A stretch of 64,000 nt of DNA from the human T2T-CHM13v2.0 reference genome, Homo sapiens: assembly GCF_009914755.1 (NCBI RefSeq), contig NC_060941.1. One strand, 5' to 3'. Of this stretch, positions 29,215 to 44,120 are shown piece after piece; positions within the stretch are counted from its first letter, which is position 1, and each line of letters opens with the position of its first letter. The notes beneath the pieces are model-generated. The model was not told the origin of the DNA. It worked only from the letters and a program-made list of their open reading frames with translations, and did not search any database. The position numbers were made by a program, and so were the translations under genes.

Positions 29215-29870
29215 AGTGCCTGAACCATGCCACTGCCCTCCCCCTCCATCAATTTGCCCCCTCACTGGTTCTCTTTCAGTTCCTGTACATGTCACGTATT
29301 CTCCTCCCTCAAGGCCTATGCATTTTTTCCTTTCAGTTTCTAATGATGTTCTTCCATGTCCTTTACCTAGATATCCTCTTCTTACCTTTTATGTCTCAAA
29401 TAAAATGTAACATCTTTCTTGTGCAACACCCTTAACTAAACTTCCTCCCTGTTGTTCTATCTCATACCCCTTGTCCTTTCCCTCTAGAATTGCACCATCC
29501 AGTAAGTAGTCACTACCTGCACGTGTGTGTTTAAATGTAAATTAATTAAATAACATTTGAAATTCAGTTTCTCAGCACATTGCCTGCATCTAAAGTGCTC
29601 AATAATCATATGCAATTAGTGGCTACCATATTGGACATGTAGGTACAGAAGATTTCCATTCTCACAGAAGTTTGCACTGGAGAGTAGTCCATCTAGATCA
29701 TTTAGTATAGTTCCTAATTTTACATAAATTTTGTGAGATGTTTTTGTTCGGTCGGTTGATGCTTACCTGCTTCTGGACTGTATATTTTATGCGTGCAAGA
29801 ATTACAAAATATTGATCAGGGCTCTGGCACTGAAAGGGTGTTCCATACATATTTTGGGCATGAAAGAATG
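29215..29870 (+). mobile_element. L2 fragment interrupted by MER3
   Basis: ctggttctctttcagttcctgtacatg...ctcaaggcctatgca...tctcaaataaaatgtaacatc. Confidence 0.55.
29485..29695. mobile_element. MER3 hAT element
   Basis: aagtgctcaataatcatatgcaattagtggctaccatattggaca...atttccattctcacagaagttt. Confidence 0.75.
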
Positions 29871-30019
29871 TCATGAATCAAGTCCAAAGCCAGTAAGTTG
29901 CAAGAATACACAAGAGAGGAAACAAATGTGCAGATGGGAGGCAATGACCCTCATATTTCCAGCTCCTGTTAGCAAAAACCACGAAAGTATACAGAGGGGG
30001 ATAAAAAGGATACCAGGCT

Positions 30020-31750
30020 GTCCAATTAACAATGGAGTAAAACCATGTTTTCCCACTCTCCTTCCTAAAATCAATTAAAGGCAACAAGAAGAATGAAAAA
30101 ACGTAGAAGAGAAAGCCTCGTGAAACTGAGAAGCATCTGCAACCACAAACTACAAAATGTAGCTGCTAAACAAAATGAAAGTTGGATCAAAGTGGTGGCA
30201 AATATCAAGAGTGAATATACTCCACGGCAGAGTACTGCAAATGTAAGTTCCATCACCTTAAAAAGGCCAGCCAATGGCTCCTTGCTGGAATGTCTGGATG
30301 TGGGGACTGCTTGGGCAATAGAAACATCTCCAAGTCCCATTCCATGTTATCTAGTGACAGGGAGAGCTGGCGCTGGATGATAAATTACACAGACACAGTA
30401 TCTTTGTGAAAAGCCAGTGCTCTGTATGGCAAGGTAGAGAGGTGGCAGTCACCATCTGCTGAAATGCGATACACACTAAATCCCGTTCCGTAAGTATGAC
30501 TACCTGTTACACACAGGCGAACTATGTAGTCATTCTTAGCGGAGAAAGGGGGAGGAAATTGAGCTCTTAGCAGAAACCCACTCCAAAGTTCGAGGAAGAG
30601 TGCCTTGTCCCCTGTAAAATGTCCTCCTGTACTACTCCTCCTCCAATTTTTTAGCAAATGCTTGACCCAGGAAAAAATTGCTCCCATTTAGAGATAAGTA
30701 ATAATCAGAAAAGAGCCAGCCTGAGAAATATGCATGGATATAACTGGCTGGAAGAAAGGAACATGCCAAACAAAGCCAGATGGAGGCTAGACCTCAGAAG
30801 AATTACTCTGCAAGCAGAACAACAGTACACACAAACATTTATCCAGAGTCAAAGAACTGATCATGGTGCCTGGGAAATCAGAGCTCAGAAAAGAGATATA
30901 GGGATCAAAGAAGATATGATAAGGCAATACAAAGAAATAAATGTGAGCTGAGAGAGATCTGGCGAAAATGCAGAAGAGAAAAATAATTTAAAGCTAAAGC
31001 CATGCTGAAATTAAAATAAATATTGCTGAGAAAGGGAAACATGGAGGACAGGCTGAGTTAGAAAGAAATGAACAAAATATGTGGAAAAGCCAAAGAGTTA
31101 CAGAGAAAATAAGACATAGTGAATAAATATGCATGTAATTTCTGAACGCCTCCCCAAAGGAAACTGAACAAATGTGGCAGAAATAAAATATCCAAACATA
31201 TGAGAGAAGACATTTTATAAAACAAAGGTAGATACATGTCTTATGATTGAAAGATCACACTGTGTCCCAAGAAAAACTGATCAACCAAAACATAGCCATT
31301 AAATTTTTTGGTTTCCATGATTACGTATCCTATAACATCCAGCAACTCCTCTGTATAGTCTCCCCAGCCTCTCAATAAATAAATAACCAAGCAAAATAAT
31401 CACATATATTTTTCAAACTACCTATGGGGCAAAAGAAAGAATCAAACTAGGTTCAAAGTTCTCTATAGCAATGTCTACAACTCCTCAGTTAAGGAATGGG
31501 ACCAAATGTTTTACAGCAAGACGGACATATTTAAATATGCAGGAACAAAATAAACATAACATCCTTAAGTTCTTGTGGGAAGAAAACAAAGTATCTGATA
31601 ACTTAATTGAGATTTTCAAGAGGCAAATGAAAAGACATGATAAAAGATTGAAAATGTTTGTTAAACCAACTTAAACAAAGAATTTTGAAAACTATAGCCA
31701 CAGAAAACAATGTAAATTTTTATTAATGCTGAAAAAGTAGAAAACATAAT
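30020..31750 (+). mobile_element. HAL1/old L1M 5'UTR-ORF1-like relic
   Basis: A-rich sense sequence with acatggaggacag, tccaaacatatg, gattgaaagatcacactgtgtccca motifs; very diverged. Confidence 0.4.
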
Positions 31751-31797
31751 GAAATTTTCTATTTGGAGGGTAATCTTTTCCTTAAAAAATCCTTGTA

Positions 31798-32128
<331 letters not shown>

Positions 32129-32212
32129 TTATAATTGTACTTCATTCAGTTACAAATAAAACATATCTACTCAATGTTTGAGTAATTGAATCTTTAATTT
32201 AAATAAAAATAA

Positions 32213-32364
32213 GGCCCGGCACAGTGGTTCATGCCTATAATCATAGTGCTTTGGGAGGCGGGAGGATCGCTTGAGCCCTTGGCATTCACGGCTGCAGTGA
32301 GCTGTGATTGCATTACTGAACTCTAGCCTGGGTGATGGAGGTGCGAGATCCTGTTTCTAAAAAC
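32213..32364 (+). mobile_element. Alu monomer (FRAM/FLAM-like)
   Basis: Single arm: ggaggatcgcttgagccc...ggctgcagtgagctgtgatt. Confidence 0.8.
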
Positions 32365-32397
32365 ATGAAAATAGTTAAAAATTAAAAATAAATAGTA

Positions 32398-32700
<303 letters not shown>

Positions 32701-33219
32701 TAGTAAATGACCCTCAAAATCAGTACAAACAATGCAAATAATTCACAGGATCATCACCACTACAAACTAGCAAATCATGGACCTGCCAGGGCTTACTAAA
32801 ACCTGTGCAAACTATACTACTGAGAACGTGGCTGCATAGTGGCGCTCACTATGGCTGAGTTGCTCTTAAATGTGCTTGCCAGGAGATGTCTCATAATCTG
32901 AATTTCTCACATATCATAATTCCCATGAGTCTCACGGGACCATCTTAGGCCATAACTTTAACAAAATCAGATAGACGTGGGCAGGAGAGAAGCTAAAGAA
33001 AGTATCCTTTCTTTGATTTCCTTACCTTTCATAGAAACCATCAACAGCTACTGTCTGAAGATGATAAAAATAAAGATATATGCGTATGGTTAGACAATTG
33101 TATGAACATATGTATCAGATGGAAAACACACACAGCAAAACAAATACCCATCACAAAAGAAGAAAACAAAGGAAGTATATATAATGAAGTCATTCAAAAT
33201 AAACATCAACGTGACTCCC

Positions 33220-33490
33220 CGAGTGACCTCCCTAAATAAATAGCACTCCTTCCCATAACCATGCTTCTTATTCCTATTTTCCTACTTTATTTTTTTTCCA
33301 CAGCGCTTATCACCACCACTGCATATTTATTTGTTGTTATTATCATAATTTTTTGCCTCTCCTAACTAGAAATCAATTCTACGAAGGCAGAAATTCTATT
33401 TGGTTCACTGCTGTATCCCAGCATCTAACATCGTACTTAGTATACTGTCAATGCTCAATAAATACTTTTTTAAAGAAATGTATGAGTAAA
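33220..33490 (+). mobile_element. L2 3' end
   Basis: gaaggcagaaatt...gttcactgctgtatcccagcatcta...gctcaataaatac. Confidence 0.75.
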
Positions 33491-33902
33491 AACAGAGAAC
33501 ATGATACAAAAGGAAACTACAGAAACGAAGCCAAACAAAGATAACATAACAATAAATGTGAATAAAATAAATTCAGCTATCCAAAGGAGAATAATCAGAG
33601 TATGGGTCAAAAACATTAACCAAATAAAATATACTGGTTAAAATATGTAAGCTCTGAAGTAAAAATGCAAATTTGATTTCCAAATCAAGGTCTTATCAAT
33701 CCTCTTTTAAGATGACATTCTGAGGCTATAGGCAGATCATCTATGTAAAGTAAGACACACAAGAGTGCCCAGTACATGGTGCACAGTCAGTAACTATTAG
33801 TGGGCAATGGTAAAAGCAGAAGTGAGCTTGGTTGTAATATTGGTGACAGCAGTGGTAACTCAAACCAAATGACTTTGTAAGACTGCAATGAAAAGAATCA
33901 GT

Positions 33903-34615
33903 GTCAATCAGAATGGCTATTATTAAAAAGTAAAAAGAAAAAAAATGCTGGCCAAGTTGCAGAGAAAAAGGAACACTTATACACTGGTGGTGCGAGTGTA
34001 AATCAGTTCAACCATTGTGGAAACAAGACAGTGTTGTGATTCCTCAAAGATCTAAAAACAGAAACACCATTCAACCCAGCAATTCCATTACTGGGTATAT
34101 ACCCAAAGGAATGTAAATGATTCTATCATAAAGACACATGCACGTGTATGTTCATTGCAGCACGATTCACAATAGCAAAGACATAGAATCAACCTAAATG
34201 CCTATTGATGGTAGACTGGATAAAGAAAATGTGGTACATATACACAGTGGAATACTATGAAGCCATGAAAAAGAATGAGGTCATATCATTGGCAGGAACA
34301 AGGGTGGAGCTGGAGGCCATTATCCTTAGCAAACTAACGTTGGAACAGAAAACCAAGTACCGCATGTTCTCACTTATAAGTGGGCGCTGAATGATGAAAA
34401 ACATGGATACATAGAGGGGAACAGCATACACTGGGGCCTACACAAGGGTGGAGGAAGGGAGGAGGGAGAGGAGCAGGAAAAATAACTAATGGGTACTAGG
34501 TTTAATACTGAGTGATGAAATAATCTATACAACAAATGTCCATGATACAAGTTTACCTATGTAACAAACCTGCACATGTACCCCTGAACTCAAAATAAAA
34601 GTTAAATAAAGAAAG
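33903..34615 (+). mobile_element. Older L1PA (about PA13-16) 3' end, 5'-truncated
   Basis: ORF2 C-terminus (RMFSLISG) and 3'UTR; perfect 13-bp TSD gaaaagaatcagt at 33890-33902 and 34616-34628. Confidence 0.93.
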
Positions 34616-35324
34616 GAAAAGAATCAGTTATCATGACAGTATAAAAGAGTGAGTCTGTTGTGGTCTGGAGACTGTGAGAAATATTCTCCAAGGAAATTAT
34701 ATTTAAGCTGAGACCTAAGGATAGATGGGAACTAGTGGGTGGAGAAAATGGAAAACGAAATTTGTGTATGTGGTAGGGAAGGAGAGGAATAGCATTCTAG
34801 GCATCAGCAACAGCACATGTGAGCGGAATACATTGCAGAGAAGTGCCAAATACCCCAGCCTTGGGAAAAAGTCTCATCCCCGTAACACACACTTTAGTTA
34901 ACAGATACTGCAATGGGAATTTTTGTTGTTAATTTATTCAATTGACTTAACAAATACTTACGTAAGCTCTTATGTGCCAGGCACTCTAAATCAGTTGCTG
35001 GGAATAGTACCAAGGTATGCAGAGCCCCTTGGCCTCACGGAGCTTCCAGTGGGAAATTTTTAAAAATAGATGAAAAGTACCCTGGGTTTTACTATGAAAA
35101 ATAGCAGAGTGCCACAGAAGCATATAGCAGGTAAACCTAATCTAATTCTGGGGTCCAAAAATTATCCTAGAAAGCGTAACTTTTAGGAGACCACTCAAAA
35201 GAAAATTAATTGCTCTTAAGGCGAGTGAGGAGGAATGAACAAAACGTTCGTGAAGGTACCGAGGTAAAAGAAAGTGTAGCAGTTGAGCATTTGAAAGAAA
35301 TGCATTATGTCTGAAACAAAGAGA

Positions 35325-35400
35325 AGCAGAGAGAGAGAGAGAGGAGAGCAAAAGAGTGTGAGAGAGAGAGGTGCAAGCAGAGAGAAGCTGGAGAGAGAGA
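35325..35400. repeat. (GA)n-rich repeat
   Basis: gagagagagagaggagag...gagagagag. Confidence 0.75.
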
Positions 35401-35436
35401 CAAGGCATGATAGCCTGCATTAAGGATTGTATTTCC

Positions 35437-35733
35437 GGTTGGGCGCAGTGGCTCATGCTTGTAATCCCAGCACTTTGGGAGGCTGAGGCGGGCAGATCAC
35501 GAGGCCAGAAGTTCGAGATCAGTCTGACAAACATGGTGAAACCCCATCTGTACTAAAAATATAAAATTAGCCAGGCGTGGTGGCAGGCACCTGTAATCCC
35601 AGCTACTCGGGAGGCTGAGGCAGAATTGCTTGAACCGGGAGGCAGAGGTTGCAGTGAGCCGAGATTGTGCCACTGCACTCCAGCCTGGCGACACAGCAAG
35701 ACTCCGTCTCAAAAAAAAAAAGAAAGAAAAACA
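35437..35733 (+). mobile_element. AluSg-like
   Basis: gatcacgagg...gttcgag; TSD attgtatttcc at 35426-35436 and 35734-35744. Confidence 0.93.
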
Positions 35734-35875
35734 ATTGTATTTCCTAAGTCCATAAGAAATCATTGAACACGGATTGACTAATCCATTTTTCATATAATTT
35801 GAAAGATTGTTCTGGTTATTGTGTGGAAATTGTTTGGAGCAGCCGAACATGGAAGCTGCGGAGGCCACATGTATT

Positions 35876-36240
35876 TGTCAGTGTAAGTTTTGTTGTCCTA
35901 TGGTAATAAATATCCCCCAAATCTCAGTGGCTCACACAATAAAAATGTTTTTCTCACTCAGGCTGCACATCTTTCATGGATTCTGGTCCACCTCGTCCTC
36001 ACGCGGGGATGCAGACTGACAAGCTTCCACCATGAAGGGTTGTCATTTGCCATAGCAGGGAGAGGAAAATGGAGCAAATCAGTCACCAGCTCGTCATACA
36101 GAAGAGTGTCCCACGTCATATCTGCTGATATGTTATGGCCAAAGTACATGACTATCTCCAAGGAGCTGAGAGGTGAAATTCGGACATTTGTCTGGACGGA
36201 GTAGAACCAAGAGAGTCGTAAACATCCTGTGGACTACACA
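35876..36240 (-). mobile_element. Old MLT1/LTR33-like LTR relic
   Basis: cccccaaatctcagtggctcacacaataaaaatgtttttctcactca...tggccaaagtacatgac. Confidence 0.55.
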
Positions 36241-38450
36241 CCGTTTAACAAGATGCAACAGTATTCTGGGTAAGAGATCATGGAGAGGCATTTATGAAAG
36301 CATTTTTAAATCAAATACAATTATTACAATTTGTCGATTAATTGGATGTGAGAATGGAGGGAGATGGAAGAGTCAGGGATCATTTCCCTGTGATGGAAAG
36401 GACAACTGGATAAATGCTGTAAAGTGTCCTGAGTTAGAGAATGTAGAAGATATTTTGGAGTGGGAGGGAACATTCAAACAGAGATGTCTAGTACATAGCT
36501 GGAAATGAGATCAGAAGAGAGGTCTGGGCCGAATAAATAAATTTTAGAGCGTTTGACATCCAAAAGGTACTTGAAATCAATGGAACAAAGATTTGTATGG
36601 GAGGGTAAGCAAATCATTCTTCTTTGAGACTTTCTCGATTTTGGCACTGAAAGTCGTATGTCATGGGAACATTCTCAGGCTTGAACAAACTGCAGTAGTT
36701 GGTCACCCTTTGAGAGTGTGTGAATAAAAAGAACACCAAGACAGATTTGTGAGGAGAAAACACGTACTGGTCAGGTTGAACAAGAGGGGCTGTCAAATGA
36801 TACTGAGAAAAATAGTCATGAAGATAGAAGGCAAGTCAGAGGAATATCAGAGACCCAGAAAGCAAGGAAACAGTTTCAAGAAGGAGAGAGTGAGGGGCCA
36901 ACGGGGCCAAATGGTACTCCAACATTAGGTAGGACTCAGATTGCAAATGCCCATTGCTGAGGGACCGGAAAACAGCTGAAATAGGACTCCCAGTTGTTTA
37001 CGCAGCCAAGCAGAGATCAGGCAGGGAGGGGATGGCTTGTCCAAACACAAGAGGCTGACACATCAGGAAGGGGTCTGAGCTTGTCCTGGGTGTAGTGACC
37101 AGATACAGTAGATAGCATGGCAGCTTCTCACATAGCAGAAAACAAATGATGCAGATCTAGGTTCTTGACCTACAGTTCACTGCACACCTCCTCAGGCTGC
37201 TGGACTGCAGAATTCAAAAGGAATTCATTTAACACATAAGAGAAATCAAAAAGGATACTCGCCAATTATATGAATGCAAGACACGGATAAAACTCTCCTT
37301 TAAAGGTGAATAGAGAGAAAATAGCCAGCTGGGGCCTGTGGAACGACTCTGAAACATAAATGAAGATAAACTATAAGAAACATAAAGAAAATTTTAATAA
37401 ACGTGATTTTTTTCTCAGTATAATTCAAGAAAGCATGAATCAGTTATTGGGGTTTTTCCTATAGAGTTGTAGAAATTCCTTACATATTTTGGCTATTAAC
37501 TCCTTATTAGATATATGGTCTGCAAATATTTTCTTCCATTCCACAGGTTGCCTTTTCATTCTGTTGATTGTTTTCTTAGCTGTACAGAAGCTTTTTAGTT
37601 AATATAATTCCACTTATCTATTTTTGCTTTTTTTTTTTTTTTTTGCCTGTGCTCTCTTGGTGTCTTATAGAAGAAATTATTGCCCAGGCCAACATCTAGA
37701 AGCTTTTCCCCCATGTTTTATTTTAATATTTTATTTATCATGTCTTACATTTAAGTCTTTAATCCATTTTAGTGGATTTTTATATGTGTCATGAGATAGT
37801 GCTCTGATTTCATTCTTTTCCATGTGAATATCTCATTTTCCCAACACAATATATTAAAGAGATTCTTTTTTCCATAGTATATTCTTGGCACCCTTGGTAA
37901 ATATAAGTTGACCATATATGCCTGGGTTCCGTTCTGGGTTCTGTATTCTATCCCATTTGTCTATATATCTGTTTTGATGTCAGTACCACACTGTTTTGAT
38001 TACTGCAGGCTTTGAGGGTCTTTAGTGTTTCCAAATGAATAATAGGATTTTTTTTCTATTTCTGCAAAAATGCCATTGGGATTTTGTTGGAGATTGCATT
38101 GAATCTATTGATTGATTTGGGAAGTAAGAACATTTTCTTTTCTTAATTTTTTAAGCTATCTCCTACAGGAAGGAAGAACATTTTAACAATATTAATTCCT
38201 CCAATCAATGAACATGAAAAATATTTCCATTTGCGTCTTAAAAAAATTTTGTTCATGTTTTGTAGTTTCGAGTGTACAAGTCTTTCACTGTCTTGGTTAA
38301 GTTTATTCCTAAGTGTTTTGGGTTTTTTGATGCGTTTGTAAATGGAGTTGTTTCTTAATTTCTTTTTCAGTCTGTATAAATGAAACTAATTTTTTGTATG
38401 TTGATTTTATATTCTTCCACTTCACTGAATATGTCTATAAGTTAACAATT

Positions 38451-38495
<45 letters not shown>

Positions 38496-38499
38496 TAGG

Positions 38500-38545
<46 letters not shown>
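38451..38545. repeat. Compound microsatellite (TC)7(TG)13 ... (TA)21
   Basis: Directly visible. Confidence 0.95.
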
Positions 38546-38547
<2 letters not shown>

Positions 38548-38683
38548 CTATGTCATCTGCAAACAGAAATCATTTTACTTCTGCCTTTCCAGTTTGGATG
38601 ACTTTTATTTTTTTTTTCTTGGCTAATTCGCTGGTAAAGACTTCTAGTACTATGTAATTGAACGGAAGTGGCAAGAGTGGTTA

Positions 38684-38807
38684 TCCTGGCCTTGTTCCAG
38701 ATCTTAGAGTGAAAGACATTAGCTTTTTACCCTTGAATATGCTGTCCTGGCCTTGTTCCAGATCTTAGAGTGAAAGACATTAGCTTTTTACCCTTGAATA
38801 TGCTGTC
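38684..38807. repeat. Perfect 61-bp tandem duplication
   Basis: tcctggccttgttccagatcttagagtgaaagacattagctttttacccttgaatatgctg twice (38684-38744, 38745-38805). Confidence 0.97.
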
Positions 38808-39292
38808 AGCTGTGAGCTTGTCATATGTGGCCTTTCTTGTGCGCAGGTAAGTTCCTCCTATATGTAACTTATTAAGAGTTTTTATCACGAAGTGTTCAAT
38901 TGTGTCAAATACTTTTTTCTGCGTCTATTGAGATGATCATGCGATTTTTATCCTTCGTTCTGTTAACGTGGTATATCACATTGATTTATTTGCATAAGTA
39001 GAGCCATTTTTACATCCATGGGATAAATCTTACTTGGTTGTGATGTATAATTTTTTTAATGTGCTGTTATATTCAATTTGATTGTATTCTGTTGAGGGGT
39101 TTTGTGTCTGTTATCAGGGATATTGGCCTATAGTTTGTTTGTTTGTTTGTTTTTTCTTGAGGTGCCTTCATCTAGCTTTGATATCAGAGTAATGCTGGCT
39201 TCCTAGAATAACTTTAAAAGTGTTCCCTTTTCTTCTATTTTTGGAATAGTTTAAGAAGCAATAGTATTAATTCTTCTTTCTTTCTTTGGTAA

Positions 39293-39738
<446 letters not shown>

Positions 39739-40483
39739 TTATTCACTCTTGGAAAAGTGTATGTTTCTAGGAATTTCTCCGTTTCTTTTCGGTTGTCCAA
39801 TTGGTTAGCATATAATTTTGTATAATGGTTTCTTATGATTCTTTTCTATGAAATCTTTTGTAATGTTTCCTCTTTCGTTTCTGATATTTTAAGTCTTTTT
39901 TTCTTTAGTCAATCTAGTTAAAATTTTATTAGTTTTATTTATTTTTTCAAAATACCAGCTCATAGTTTTGTCAGTTTTTTAAAAATGTTTTCTATTTTCT
40001 ATTTCATTTATTTCTGCTCTGATCTTTATTTACTTATTTATTTATTTTTGCTAATTTTGTATTTAGTTTGTTCTTATATTCTGGTTCTTCAGATATAATT
40101 AGGTTACTTACTTGGGATCTTTCTTTGTTATAATGTAGGTGTTTATTGCTGGAAACTTCCCTCTTAGAACTGTTTTTGATGCATCTCATAAGTTTTGTTT
40201 TGTTGTGTTCTCATTTTTGTTGTCTCAAAATATTTTCTAATTTTCTTTTGACTTCTTTTTTGACCCAATAGTTGTTTGAGAGTGTGTTGTTTAATTTTCA
40301 TGTATTTGTAAATTTTTCTGTTTTTATTCTATTTTTTTATTTCTCGTTTCATTCCATTGTGATTGGAAAAGAGACTTGAAATAATTTCAATCTTAAATTC
40401 TTAAGACTTGTTTTGTAGCCTAGCATGTGATCTATTTTGAAGAATGTTTCCTGAACACTTGAGAAGAATGAGTATTCTATTTC

Positions 40484-40532
40484 TGTTGCACTGGTCTAGA
40501 ACCAGACCCACAATATCTCTGATGTATGTCTG
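40484..40532 (+). mobile_element. Tigger1 3'-terminal remnant
   Basis: ggtctagaaccagacccacaatatctctgatgtatgtctg matches the reverse complement of 50895-50935. Confidence 0.65.
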
Positions 40533-41429
40533 AATACTTATCTTGAAGAATTCCTCTACATAGATTGAGAACCTCATTAGACAGTGTTACAGCTTTGTGC
40601 TTCAACTGTCAACATATAGAAAACTCAAGAGGAGAAAGTCTATTGTCCTTATTTATATTTTTGCTCATGTATAATTTCTTCCTTTCTAATGTACTGAGTC
40701 TTTCTTTTATTCTGTTCTTTATGTTTAGAGAACTTTCTTGAGTCATTTTTTAGGGTAGGTCTGTGGGTTTTAAATTCTCTTAGTTCTCTTCTATCTTATG
40801 TCTTTATTTTATCTCTATTCCTGAAGAATATTTTCTCTGGATATAGGATTCTGGGCTGATAGGTTTTTTTTTTTTTTTCTTTCAACATTTGAAAAATATT
40901 GCAGCACTTTCTTCTGGGCTCTGTGATTATTGAAGAGAAATCTACTGTTATCCAAACTGTTTTTCCCATATAACCAATATGTCATTTCTCTCTCAATGCT
41001 TTCAAAAATTTTTCTTTGTATTTAGTTTTTAGAAGTTTCACTATGATGTGTTTTGATGTAGATTTCTTACATCCATTTTTTTTTTCTTTTTTGGTCAATT
41101 TGGGATATTTTAAGCCATTATTTCTTCAAATACTTTTTCGGCTCCACTGTCTTTCTTCTCCCTTTCTGGAACTCAAATAATACTAATGTTACATCTTTAT
41201 TATAGAGCCATATACCCTTGAGGTTGTGTTCTTATTTTGTTTTCAATCTATTCTCTCTTTGTTGTTTAGAGTGGATAATTTTTATTGTTATGTCTTCAAG
41301 TTCTCTGATTCTTTCTTCTATTCTCAGTTCTGTTGTTCAGTCCATTTGTTCAGTTGTCTATTTTGGTTATTATATATTTTAGTTCTAAAATTCCCATTTG
41401 GTTCTTTTTATCTTATATTTCTTTGTTGA

Positions 41430-41806
<377 letters not shown>

Positions 41807-42075
41807 TGAAACCAGTATATTTTGTGCATCATGATACAAAACACTGGATCTTTTTTAAATCCTATTTTAGCAGGTCTTCTCTGACACCACTCTAGTGAAT
41901 GAAAGGGGAGGCTGCCTCATTTCTGCGGGTAGGCTTGAAAGGTCTGGCTTCTCTTCTGTTGACACGTTGCGGCCAAGGGAGAGGATTCCTCATAACTTCT
42001 GGATGGGGATGGGAGTCGAGGCTCCCACTAGGAATTCTCTGACACTATCCCAGCAAGGAGGGCACCTCATTACTA

Positions 42076-42371
<296 letters not shown>

Positions 42372-42682
42372 CTCATGACTAGTCTTTACATGGCCTCCAC
42401 TGACACCATGGAGAGGGGAGTAGGTGGCCTTGTACCCAGTGAGTGGGATGAAAGTCCTGAATCTGTATTAAGCTTCTTTTGATACCAGCTGACAGGGGTA
42501 TTTTAACCTGGCAACACACTCTGGGCTCTTCAGTTGGTCTTTATTGCAGAGTATAGGGTATAATTACAGTTTTTTCTGTGACATTTCGCTGGAGTGGGAA
42601 GTTATCGTCTGAAAGTTTTCTGTCTTGTAAGGTTGACTCTTTTCTGGTCCATTGGCTAATGAGAACAGGCTTTCATTATGAT

Positions 42683-42711
42683 CGCGCGCACGCGCGCGCG
42701 TGTGTGTGTGC
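42683..42711. repeat. (CG)n(TG)n alternating purine-pyrimidine tract
   Basis: cgcgcgcacgcgcgcgcgtgtgtgtgtgc. Confidence 0.9.
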
Positions 42712-43059
42712 TTATTGGTGGTTTCTGGGTTGCTGGCTTCTTCACTTCCAAGTTTAGGATACATGAGGCAAAAAAAACAAAAAACAAAAAACAAAAATAA
42801 AACCTGAGGGACTCACCTCTGCGTCATTCATTGGGTCTCTGCATCTTTAGCCAGTCCCCTCCTCTCCATCTTTGAGACTTTTATTTTGTTTCTTTTGTAC
42901 AGAATATCCAGAATTTTTAGTTGCACCTAGCAGGAAGAAAAGGGAAGACTATGTCTACTCCATCTTTTCAAAAGTGGATGCCCAAGCTGTAATAATTTTA
43001 GAATGTAAAATATTAAAGTGTCAAATATTGTTAACAGAAATAGATATAAATCAGATAAA

Positions 43060-44120
43060 AACCACTTAAAATCAGTAAGAATCCTAGCCAATTGGAAAGA
43101 GTAGAATTCGACCTCTGCACATACAATACTCCAAAATTAATTCCAGATAGATTAATTGTATAATTAATTAATTTTAAAAGTGAAATAATATATAGGAGAA
43201 AATATAAGCACATTATATAATCAGAGAAGTGAAATTGTAACATTCTTTACACAAATAATGGTTGTCTTTAATATGTAAATAATTCTTACAAATCAGTAAG
43301 AGAAATATGACTACTATAAGCAAAAAATAATTAGAGAAAGGCCCAAACAGATGATTTGCATAAAGAATACAAGTACCTAACAAATATGGGAAAATGCTCT
43401 TCTTTTCAAATAATTGAAGAAACAAAAATTAGACAAATTAATTCCTTCGGGTTTTAGTTCGGTTTAGTTTGGTTCCTTTTTGGCTTATTCATGAGCCCTT
43501 CAAATAAAATGAAAGCAATTTTAGGTGGGTCTGAGCTGGGTCCTACCTTGCAAATCCAGCTGTGATGGGAACCAAAGTAATACAATCTTTTTGGCAGGAA
43601 CTTTGCCAATAAGTATCAAAAATCGCAAACATCATCATTTTTTGGACCAAATAATTTCACTTTGGGAAATTTATCCCAAGAAAAAGATGATTAACATAAA
43701 GATTCATGGAGAAGAATACTAATAACATAAGTATTAATAGTGGTAAAAGGTAAAAAACTAAAAATCCTAACAAAGAAGAATTGGATAACTAAAGTGTGGC
43801 ATATTCATAGAATAGAATACCATGTGGTTATTTTAAACCATGTTGTATAAGAATACTTAATGCCACGGGAAAAATGCTCATAATTTACCATTAAGTAAAA
43901 AATGAAAGTCAAACTATACAGTAGTTTAGACACTAATGCTACTTTAATAGGTAAAAATGTTCACAGAAATAACGTATTAAGAAAACACACAAAAATATTA
44001 GCACTTGAAAATTAAGTACAGGAATCATGATGTATTTTCATTTTTCTTCTTTGTATTTTTTAATTTTCAAAATATATTATTACAAAGCATACTTTTATAT
44101 TTAAAACAAAACAATAAATG
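43060..44120 (+). mobile_element. Decayed L1ME 3' fragments
   Basis: aataatttcactttgggaaatttatcccaag; aaagtgtggcatattcatagaatagaatac. Confidence 0.55.

Larger units (their letters stand above)
34930..36960 (-). mobile_element. L2 fragments interrupted by Alu and LTR
   Basis: caaatacttacg...tatgtgccaggcactct; cagaagagaggtctgggc; gtttcaagaaggagagagtg. Confidence 0.5.
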
